From positions 160,001-224,000 of the forward strand of contig JBMNJG010000011.1 in NCBI GenBank assembly GCA_050951545.1: 64,000 nt of DNA, written 5' to 3'. The notes below the pieces were generated by a model. It ran no database searches, was not told the DNA's origin, and saw only the letters and a program-made list of their open reading frames with translations. Numbering within the stretch: position 1 is the stretch's first letter; each line of letters begins with the position of its first letter. Position numbers and translations under genes: made by a program. Source of the stretch: Limnochordia bacterium (GTDB lineage: Bacteria; Bacillota; Limnochordia; DTU080). Positions 56,762-64,000 of this stretch are shown piece by piece.

Positions 56762-58012
56762 TTGTGGACAGCTAGGCTAATGGCGCTCATGTTGATCGTA
56801 CATGCCTTGGCTGGCTGGCATTTGCCCGTCCTTGCGTCTCCGATTACGTCGGGAGCGTTAGCTGGACTTGGGGGCGTAGGTAGTCCTAACACTGGAAACG
56901 TTGACGACATGAGCTGGAATCCGGCGGCTCTTGGCGAAACGAGCCATCGAATACAGTTCCGGGTGACCCCCATTTCGGTACGGATCTTCACGGATCGCTG
57001 GTCGACCGAGACTGTGGCGCGGCTTTTGGCTGGTTCACTAGGTCCTGAGAAGCTGCCCGCGGCTGTAGAGGATGTGCAAGAGGAAGGCCTGAATTGGACC
57101 ATTGGCGTGGGCGGGGGAGCGCATGTAGCCTGGGGCACTAATGCGTTCGGGGCCACTTTGCGTGGCCATCTGGAAGGCGCGGCCAGTGCTGACGGAACAC
57201 GTTTGGTACTGATGGGCGGTGAGCCTGGGAGAAGCTACCTGCTCGAAGGGACACATGCCGAAGGGGCTGTTTTCGGAGAGGGCCACATGGGCAGCGTCTA
57301 CTCCGACCCCTGGCTAGCGGAAGTGCTACACATCACTGGTTTCCATATGGGCGGTACGCTCTGTTACATTCATGGCCTGGGCTATGCAAAAGCTGAGGTT
57401 ATCGGGCCGACCATAGAGATTGCTCAAGACGGCGACACATATCGGAAGCTGGGGGACGGGCGAATCGTCGCTACACACTCCGAATCGGGCTTCGGGATGT
57501 CTACCAATTTGGGTCTCTTGCTGAGGCTGACGCCCGGATTAGCCATTGATGTCAGCGTCACCGATGTGGGTCGCGTCTGGTGGCGGGATATACAGGAGAC
57601 ACACTTTGAGTTTCTTGTAGATCCGCAAACCGGAAAGGGTGCCTACGAGCAGAGCGAGACGCGGGCGGTTGCTGGACAGCCCTACTGGAATATGCCCATG
57701 GCACTCAGAGCAGGGATCAGCTTGGAACCTGCTCCAGGTGTCCGCTGGTCACTGCAGTATGCCAAAAGCCTGGTTGGACAACAGGCAGGGCATCAGGAGA
57801 TCGTCTTGGCCACACAACTGACCCAACTGGAGGTGCTGCCTTTGCGTCTGGGGGCCAAGTTCTCCACCTATGAGGAAAGCCTAAGCTTCTCTGGCGGCCT
57901 TGGTATCCACTTGGGTCCACTTACACTCGATGTTGGTAGCCCCAACTTAGTAGGCCTCCTGGGACAGGGCAAGGAGGCCAGTGTGTCTGTTAGTACAGGT
58001 CTTCGCTTCTAG
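56762..58012 (+). CDS. Probable outer-membrane beta-barrel (FadL/TraF-like)
   Basis: Signal peptide, WNPAAL motif, amphipathic strands, LPLRLG, C-terminal GLRF. Confidence 0.6.
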   Translation: MWTARLMALMLIVHALAGWHLPVLASPITSGALAGLGGVGSPNTGNVDDMSWNPAALGETSHRIQFRVTPISVRIFTDRWSTETVARLLAGSLGPEKLPAAVEDVQEEGLNWTIGVGGGAHVAWGTNAFGATLRGHLEGAASADGTRLVLMGGEPGRSYLLEGTHAEGAVFGEGHMGSVYSDPWLAEVLHITGFHMGGTLCYIHGLGYAKAEVIGPTIEIAQDGDTYRKLGDGRIVATHSESGFGMSTNLGLLLRLTPGLAIDVSVTDVGRVWWRDIQETHFEFLVDPQTGKGAYEQSETRAVAGQPYWNMPMALRAGISLEPAPGVRWSLQYAKSLVGQQAGHQEIVLATQLTQLEVLPLRLGAKFSTYEESLSFSGGLGIHLGPLTLDVGSPNLVGLLGQGKEASVSVSTGLRF

Positions 58013-58013
58013 A

Positions 58014-58796
58014 CTAGTGTAGCGGGAGACTCCGTTCCACGGTCACACTGTGGGCCTCTGGTCTCAGTCTGATGGCCATATTCCACCCAGTGTGATCCTC
58101 CTGACGGAGGGTGGCGGCGAGTTCCATGCTGACACGAGGCTGGTAATGTCGCTCGCTGCCAGAAGACCACTGCCACAGGACATCTGTAGCCAAAGCCAGG
58201 CGATGGGTTAGGGCGACCTCTGCGCCGACTTTCGCCGCGGTCGCTTCGTGGAGGGCATATGTCACGGCCATAGAAAGGACCACTGGTTCATAGGCACGAG
58301 CCAGCCAGACTGAAGCATCGGGGCGACCCTCGCTGTTCTTGGCGGAATAGACTGCGTAACCAAGCTCGAGTCCGCGCCGCCATAGCGGCGAGAGTGTTTC
58401 GTACTGCCAGCCCACATGTAGCTGCGGTCTGAGCCCCGTGTCACGGGAGATGACGGCTGACGAGGGGCCCTGGGGTGTCCAGGTGTGCAAGACGCTGCGC
58501 TCTACGGCTTGCGTAACACTGGTGTCAAAAGCAAGTGCTTGGTGCGGAGTGCCGACAGGACAAAGATAAAGCTGTACGCCATAGGAGTACTCGACACAGC
58601 GAGACTCCGTGCGGCTCCATATCTCAGTGTAGGAGTGCTCCGTGTGAGCCACGCCAATGCCTGCCGTGTACGTGACGAAGCCCTGTTGGGGCCGGACGAG
58701 GCTGAGCCAAGCAGGTGAATCGGCAAGGGCGGTACGGGAGACCAGACTGGATAACCCGATCAGAAGGAGAGCTGTAAATTGCGATGGTTTGGGCAA
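58014..58796 (-). CDS. Putative FapF-like outer-membrane transporter
   Basis: Signal peptide (RTALA); beta-strand pattern; YEPVVLSMAVTY resembles the FapF DPxVL..Y motif; coupled to the C39 gene; start uncertain. Confidence 0.45.
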   Translation of the reverse strand: MPKPSQFTALLLIGLSSLVSRTALADSPAWLSLVRPQQGFVTYTAGIGVAHTEHSYTEIWSRTESRCVEYSYGVQLYLCPVGTPHQALAFDTSVTQAVERSVLHTWTPQGPSSAVISRDTGLRPQLHVGWQYETLSPLWRRGLELGYAVYSAKNSEGRPDASVWLARAYEPVVLSMAVTYALHEATAAKVGAEVALTHRLALATDVLWQWSSGSERHYQPRVSMELAATLRQEDHTGWNMAIRLRPEAHSVTVERSLPLH

Positions 58797-58798
58797 GC

Positions 58799-59446
58799 CT
58801 ACCACTCTCCGTTCTGCGAGACTGCCAGGGGCAGTCTCCAGTTTTTTTGTCGCATGAGCAGGGCCAAGACATTCAGACACGCAGCCTCGTCAGGGAGCGC
58901 AACCGATTCTGATAAACATGGCTCCTGTATCAAGAGCGCCAGACCACCCCAGATGCGCAACCAGTCGCGGTTTTCCCAGCTTACTCGGCCCAAAGCGGGA
59001 TCCCGGGTAAGAATTCGTCCTGGAAGAGCCCCGGACACCGTGGTGAAATGCGGTGTGGGTGCGATTATGCGGACCAGCACTGGTCGCCTTTGTTCGGATA
59101 GGTAACGCTGAAGGTTGTCCAGAGTCATGCGCATGCCAACAGCAATGTAGCCGCGTGCGAGCGCAATGTCGCGCAGGATAATCAGCGAGGTAGACTGATT
59201 AGCATTGGAAAGCTGCTCGGGATGTACAACGTCAGAAAAGGCTAGACGCAGAGCCGTGGACAACGCCGCTGGACCACAGTTTTGGGCCGTCGTTTGACGT
59301 GCAATGCCTTCCCACCTGAGTTCCTCCCAGCTGCTTTGCCAAAAGGGACCACAGGGTGCGGCCCACGATTGGAGCGTGGTCGCAACAGTCACTACTGCGC
59401 AGAATACGTAAGCGGACAGTTCTGGTAGTCTCTTGGGGTTGACCAA
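58799..59446 (-). CDS. Stand-alone secreted C39 cysteine peptidase (FapD-like)
   Basis: Signal peptide; SWEELRWEGIARQTTAQNCGPAAL, PHFTTV, RDPALGR, WGG; no ABC domain. Confidence 0.85.
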   Translation of the reverse strand: MVNPKRLPELSAYVFCAVVTVATTLQSWAAPCGPFWQSSWEELRWEGIARQTTAQNCGPAALSTALRLAFSDVVHPEQLSNANQSTSLIILRDIALARGYIAVGMRMTLDNLQRYLSEQRRPVLVRIIAPTPHFTTVSGALPGRILTRDPALGRVSWENRDWLRIWGGLALLIQEPCLSESVALPDEAACLNVLALLMRQKNWRLPLAVSQNGEW

Positions 59447-59535
59447 TTTCCCACCACCTAGGGCGCGAAAAACCCGCGCCGTACCTCTCGCGGGAACAGG
59501 TGGTGCTGAATTAGCATAGCACGTGTCACTCAGCA

Positions 59536-59564
59536 GTGCAAGCAGGGGAAATCGCTTTCACAAT
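59536..59564 (+). promoter_or_regulatory. Promoter with cre/LacI-like operator in the spacer
   Basis: GTGCAA-17 nt-CACAAT; GGAAATCGCTTTCA (59547-59560) is one mismatch from TGWAANCGNTNWCA. Confidence 0.45.
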
Positions 59565-59618
59565 GAACATGATGCACGAACAGGGAATGTTGATGGATTT
59601 TCAAAGGGAGGATGGGCA

Positions 59619-60515
59619 ATGCACAAAAGGGTAGGCTTCATCGGACTGGGTATCATGGGCCGCCCCATGGCAGGTCATCTGCTGAAGGCGGGATACCCAC
59701 TTACCGTGTGGAACCGCAGCAGCGCCGCTGTCGATGCGTTGGTCCAAGAGGGGGCGCAAGCAGCATCTGGGCCAGCTGATGTAGCACGTGGCTCGGACAT
59801 AGTCTTCACGATGGTTGGTGACTCATCAGACGTGGAGCAGGTGATCCTGGGGCCAGGAGGTGTGTTGGCGGGTGCACGCCCGGGGCTGGTGATCATTGAT
59901 ATGACTACCATCTCACCGGAAGTGACGCGAGGGATTGCGGCGAGATGTGGCGAGCTGGGAGTGCATATGCTCGATGCTCCCGTAAGTGGGGGAGAGAAGG
60001 GGGCCCTCGAAGCGACGCTTTCGATTATGGTAGGCGGCGAGCCCGAGCTGTTCGAGAGATGCCGTCCTCTTCTTGAGGTACTGGGCAAGACGATCACCTA
60101 CGTGGGATCTCATGGCATGGGGCAGACAGTGAAGCTATGCAACCAGGTTGTCTGCGGGCTAAACATCCTTGCTGCGGCAGAGGGCCTGTGCTTGGCGGCT
60201 AAGGCGGGCGTCGATCCCCGCATTGTGCTAAGTGTCATCACGCAGGGTGCCGCTGGCTCTTGGATGCTAGAGAATCTAGGCCCCAAGATGGCTGCTGGCG
60301 ACTATGCACCGGGGTTCACGGTGAAATGGCAGATCAAGGACTTGCGGCTGGCCCTAGAAGCGGCTGCTCAGTTGGACCTACCTTTGCCAGGCACTGCCTT
60401 GGTACAACAGCTGTTTCGCGCTGTTGCCGCTGATGGTGGAAGCGATGAGGGAACACAAGCACTCGTCAAAGCGCTAGAGAAGCTGGGCAATCTGGATATA
60501 GCCGATGGAAGGTAG
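59619..60515 (+). CDS. Beta-hydroxyacid dehydrogenase (tartronate semialdehyde reductase / HIBADH family)
   Basis: GFIGLGIMG.PMA, LDAPVSGGE, KLCNQ, KDLRLA. Confidence 0.92.
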   Translation: MHKRVGFIGLGIMGRPMAGHLLKAGYPLTVWNRSSAAVDALVQEGAQAASGPADVARGSDIVFTMVGDSSDVEQVILGPGGVLAGARPGLVIIDMTTISPEVTRGIAARCGELGVHMLDAPVSGGEKGALEATLSIMVGGEPELFERCRPLLEVLGKTITYVGSHGMGQTVKLCNQVVCGLNILAAAEGLCLAAKAGVDPRIVLSVITQGAAGSWMLENLGPKMAAGDYAPGFTVKWQIKDLRLALEAAAQLDLPLPGTALVQQLFRAVAADGGSDEGTQALVKALEKLGNLDIADGR

Positions 60516-61329
60516 TGGAAGAGTGCGACATGCGCAGACAGGCGTGGCGATTAGAGCGGCTATGCGCGCGGGGTCGATCCTGCGAGAGATGCAGGGCCGT
60601 GTGCATATTGAGTTCAAAGGCCCAATTGATCTGGTGACTGATGCAGATCGGGCCGCTGAGCGGGCAATTATCGAGGGCATTCGGGCGGCCTATCCCGATC
60701 ACGCCGTTGCAGCGGAGGAGAGCGGCGACGATGGGACGAATGAGTGCTGTTGGCATATCGATCCACTCGATGGCACCACTAATTACGCCCATGGACTGCC
60801 GCTGTATGCCGTGTCGCTCGCCATGGCTCGCTCAGGTGAGATACAGGTGGGTGTGATCTATGTTCCCGCGACTGATGAGCTGTTTGTGGCAGAGCGCGGC
60901 GGTGGAGCGTATCGCAATGGCGCTCCGATTCGTGTCAGTTCAATGGATGTCTTGGGGCACAGTCTGATGGTGACTGGTTTCCCATACTCCGTGCGTGAGG
61001 ACGGGATAAGCAACCTCGACCATTTCGTCAATTTCCAGTTGCGTACCCAGGCAGTCCGGCGCCAGGGATCGGCGGCACTGGACTTGGCCCGTGTGGCGCA
61101 GGGAGCATTTGATGGTTACTGGGAAACATCCCTGCATCCATGGGATATGGCCGCTGGGGCGCTATTGGTGGAAGAAGCAGGCGGCAGGCTCAGCACGCTT
61201 CGGGGAGAGGCGTGGAGTTTGGGGCAACCCCAGATTGTGGCCTCGAATGGTCACTTACATGAGGCGATGCTCGCGGTGCTGAGCCTCGGTAAGACTGGAA
61301 TGGACGAGATCACTGCTCAGTTTCGCTAA
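60505..61329 (+). CDS. suhB: Inositol monophosphatase
   Basis: DLVTDAD, IDPLDGTTNYAHG, GSAALDL, PWDMAAG. Confidence 0.92.
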   Translation: MEGSGRVRHAQTGVAIRAAMRAGSILREMQGRVHIEFKGPIDLVTDADRAAERAIIEGIRAAYPDHAVAAEESGDDGTNECCWHIDPLDGTTNYAHGLPLYAVSLAMARSGEIQVGVIYVPATDELFVAERGGGAYRNGAPIRVSSMDVLGHSLMVTGFPYSVREDGISNLDHFVNFQLRTQAVRRQGSAALDLARVAQGAFDGYWETSLHPWDMAAGALLVEEAGGRLSTLRGEAWSLGQPQIVASNGHLHEAMLAVLSLGKTGMDEITAQFR

Positions 61330-61342
61330 GAGGTGAAGGCGC

Positions 61343-61507
61343 GTGCGCGACCTTGTGGTCTCACTTGTCGTTGGTACTGCAGTCGGAGTGGTCTTCGCAG
61401 CCATGGGTTTGCCGCTTCCTGCTCCCGATAGACTGGCTGGAGTTGTGGGGATCCTGGGTCTTTTTTTGGGGGACAGGCTGGCTCGGATACTGCTGAGGCT
61501 GCGCTGA
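61343..61507 (+). CDS. XapX/DUF1427 small membrane protein (54 aa, absent from the ORF track)
   Basis: MRDLVVSLVVGTAVGVVFAAMGLPLPAPDRLAGVVGILGLFLG...; GAGGTG RBS. Confidence 0.75.
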   Translation: MRDLVVSLVVGTAVGVVFAAMGLPLPAPDRLAGVVGILGLFLGDRLARILLRLR

Positions 61508-61515
61508 GAAAGGTT

Positions 61516-62277
61516 GTGACTCCTATGGAAGGACAGCTGCTGCAGGGCAGACGTGCTCTGGTGACTGGCAGCTCAGGCGGCATAGGTGCCCATATCGCAG
61601 TGGCTCTGGCTAGGGCGGGGGCAGATGTGGCGGTGAATTATCGGACCAATCCAGATGGCGCCGAACAGGTCGCTTCTCGCATCAGGTGCTGTGGGCGGCG
61701 AGCTCTCGTACTGCACGCCGATGTGACCCGACGAGCTGACTGCCTGTATCTCGTGCGCGAGACAGTGGAGCAACTGGGGTCTATTGATATTCTGATCAAT
61801 AACGCAGGTGAGTTTGCCTACAAGCGTTGTCGGGATCACACCCCGGAGGAGTTCGATCGCATCATTGCCAGCACGGTGGGGGCTACTTTCACTTGCTCGA
61901 TGGCAGCCCTAGACCATATGCGGCAGACGGGCTGGGGGCGCATCGTCAACTTGGGCGCCGCTGGTGCTGAACGGGCAGGATCTCGGAAGAATTGTGGGCC
62001 TCACATGGCCGGAAAGGCTGGTGTAGTAGCGCTTGCCCGGACCCTAGCAGTTGAGGAGGCGTCTTTCGGCATTACCTTCAATGTCGTCTGCCCAGGAATC
62101 ATCAAGGACCGAGACCTGTCCAGAGCGGAGGCACAGACGATGACGGATCCCATGGCTCCTGTAGGGAGGCCAGGGACCAGCGAAGATGTCGTAGATGCGG
62201 TGATGTTCTTGGTTTCGCCGCAGGCAAGCTATGTGAACGGAGCGGTGATTTCGGTCACTGGTGGGTGGGAGGTATAA
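61516..62277 (+). CDS. Short-chain dehydrogenase/reductase
   Basis: TGSSGGIG, NNAG; atypical HMAGK in place of YxxxK. Confidence 0.88.
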   Translation: MTPMEGQLLQGRRALVTGSSGGIGAHIAVALARAGADVAVNYRTNPDGAEQVASRIRCCGRRALVLHADVTRRADCLYLVRETVEQLGSIDILINNAGEFAYKRCRDHTPEEFDRIIASTVGATFTCSMAALDHMRQTGWGRIVNLGAAGAERAGSRKNCGPHMAGKAGVVALARTLAVEEASFGITFNVVCPGIIKDRDLSRAEAQTMTDPMAPVGRPGTSEDVVDAVMFLVSPQASYVNGAVISVTGGWEV

Positions 62278-62279
62278 AG

Positions 62280-63053
62280 GTGTCTAAGCAGATTGCTTTG
62301 GTGACTGGAGGTAGCCGGGGTATTGGGCGCGCGGTCACTCTGGGGCTTGCCGGAGCAGGTTTCGGCGTGGCTGTAGGGTATGCTCGTAGTAGTGAGGCAG
62401 CCCAGGAAGTGGTGGAGCTGGCTCAGGCGAAGCATGTGCCAGCCGCGGCTTTCGGAGCGGATGTCGGTGACAGCGAGCAGCGGGGGGCCCTGGTGGAAGC
62501 TGTTCTGAGGGAGTTCGGGCGTATTGACATTTTGGTGAACAATGCCGGGGTGGCCCCCTTGAGTCGAGATGATCTCTTGACGGCACAAGAGGATAGTTTC
62601 GACAGACTGATGCGCATCAACCTCAAGGCTCCCTTCTTCTTGACGCAGCAGGTGGCACGGCAGATGATCGACCTGATGAAGCGAGATCCCCAGGTGCGGC
62701 CGAAGATCATCAACATTGGTTCGGTGTCTGCGTACGCTGCGTCGACCAATCGTGGAGAGTACTGTATCAGCAAAGCCGGGTTAAGTATGGTAACAAAGTT
62801 GTTTGCAGCCCGTTTGGCAGAGCACGGTATTCTGGTATACGAGATTCGAGGGGGTATCATCGCCACAGACATGACCTCTGCGGTCAAGGAGAGGTACGAC
62901 GCTTTGATCGAGGGCGGCTTGACTCCCATCCGTCGTTGGGGTACCCCGGATGATGTCAGTCGGGCGGTTGTGGCCCTTGCATCCGGCACGCTGCCTTTCT
63001 CGACAGGCGAAGTGATCAACATCGACGGAGGTTTTCACCTGCGCCAGTTATGA
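62280..63053 (+). CDS. Short-chain dehydrogenase/reductase
   Basis: TGGSRGIG, NNAG, YCISK, STGEVINIDGG. Confidence 0.92.
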   Translation: MSKQIALVTGGSRGIGRAVTLGLAGAGFGVAVGYARSSEAAQEVVELAQAKHVPAAAFGADVGDSEQRGALVEAVLREFGRIDILVNNAGVAPLSRDDLLTAQEDSFDRLMRINLKAPFFLTQQVARQMIDLMKRDPQVRPKIINIGSVSAYAASTNRGEYCISKAGLSMVTKLFAARLAEHGILVYEIRGGIIATDMTSAVKERYDALIEGGLTPIRRWGTPDDVSRAVVALASGTLPFSTGEVINIDGGFHLRQL

Positions 63054-63073
63054 TTCATTGGGGTGTTCTTTTC

Positions 63074-63826
63074 ATGAAGCCGACCACGTTGGCGGGTAGG
63101 GTAGCTCTGGTGACAGGAGCGAGTCGCGGGATCGGCAAGGCAATAGCGCTTCGCCTTGCCCAGCAGGGGACAGCCGTCGCCATTGGTTACAGAAAGCGGC
63201 AGGCGGATGCGGCTGAGGTAGTGGCCCGTATTGTAGGTGCGGGAGGCAGGGCCGTGGCCATCGGGGCCGATCTTGCTGATGCAGACGGCTGTAGACGGTT
63301 GGTTGAGAAGACAACGGCCAGCTTAGGCGCACCGGATGTCCTTGTCAACAACGCTGGGATCTCGCTGGCTCGTTTGGTCTTGGACACGCGTGTTGGCGAG
63401 TGGGATGCCCTCATGAACGTCCATCTCCGCGCCTTTTTTCTTTTGAGTCAGGCCGTATTGCCAGCGATGATTCGTCAGGGCTGGGGGCGCATCATTGCCA
63501 TCGCCTCGATCTGGGGAATGGTAGGGGCAGCCAATGAGGCGGCTTACTCGGCGGCCAAAGCCGGGCAGATTGGCTTTGCTAAAGCGCTAGCCAAGGAAGT
63601 TGCTCGAGCGGGGATTACGGTCAACGTCGTAGCTCCTGGTGCAGTGGCGACCGAGATGCTGGCTACATATAGCGGCGAGGAGCTCAACGCATTTGCTGAT
63701 GCCGTGCCTATGGGACGTTTGGGCACCCCTGAGGATATCGCAGCAGCTACGGCGTTTCTTGCATCACCGGAGGCAGCCTATATTTCCGGACAGGTGATAA
63801 GCCCTAACGGCGCTTGTGTCGTATAG
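63074..63826 (+). CDS. SDR, FabG/YmfI-like
   Basis: TGASRGIG, NNAG, SIWG..GAANE..YSAAK. Confidence 0.9.
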   Translation: MKPTTLAGRVALVTGASRGIGKAIALRLAQQGTAVAIGYRKRQADAAEVVARIVGAGGRAVAIGADLADADGCRRLVEKTTASLGAPDVLVNNAGISLARLVLDTRVGEWDALMNVHLRAFFLLSQAVLPAMIRQGWGRIIAIASIWGMVGAANEAAYSAAKAGQIGFAKALAKEVARAGITVNVVAPGAVATEMLATYSGEELNAFADAVPMGRLGTPEDIAAATAFLASPEAAYISGQVISPNGACVV

Positions 63827-63876
63827 GTCGCGTGTGTCAATGGTGTGAGAAGGATCTGCGGAGGAAGTGAGCTGTT

Positions 63877-64000
63877 GTGCGTGAGCAAGCTTACCGGGAT
63901 CCAGTGCATGGGTTCATCACACTGACAGATGAGCTGCTGATACGTCTCATCGATACGCCTGAGTTTCAGCGTCTGCGTCGCATACGTCAGCTCGGGGCGA
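63877..64000 (+). CDS. HD-domain dNTP triphosphohydrolase (YwfO/SAMHD1-like), 5' part only
   Basis: GGAGG + GTG; [14 protein letters not shown]...[16 protein letters not shown] runs off the window end. Confidence 0.85.
   Translation, partial: MREQAYRDPVHGFITLTDELLIRLIDTPEFQRLRRIRQLGA

Noticed and set aside
1-64000. CRISPR arrays, tRNA/rRNA, transposases, prophage
   Set aside because: No regularly spaced repeats, RNA gene signatures or recombinase/transposase motifs seen by eye

Overview
Bacterial, GC-rich (about 60% by eye), densely coding window. TolC-type and beta-barrel outer-membrane proteins and O-antigen-ligase-like genes occur together with Bacillota hallmarks (Amidase_6/YhbB-like, YyaL, SigH-like promoters), which suggests a diderm Bacillota such as a Limnochordia-like lineage (inference). 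Layout: (1) 1-18 kb carbohydrate and housekeeping genes; (2) 18-40 kb surface-polysaccharide locus with a GlmU-like/GalK-like fusion, a Wzy-GT4 fusion, a tailoring cassette and an orphan TPP E1 alpha/beta pair; (3) 40-47 kb minus-strand run of two TolCs, SIMPL, a frameshifted XPB helicase and its partner; (4) 47-59 kb mixed region; (5) 59.6-64 kb dehydrogenase/suhB/SDR operon and a partial HD protein. Best candidate for a new system: a precursor with a Sec signal, a bacteriocin-type leader and a glycine-zipper core plus a coupled small membrane ORF (47.4-48.0 kb), and 10 kb away a stand-alone signal-peptide C39 peptidase with a FapF-like barrel (58.0-59.4 kb). A structured ~80-90 nt leader element also recurs at 6.1 kb and 50.9 kb. 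No CRISPR, rRNA, tRNA or transposase was seen. All calls come from motif recognition by eye; no searches were run.
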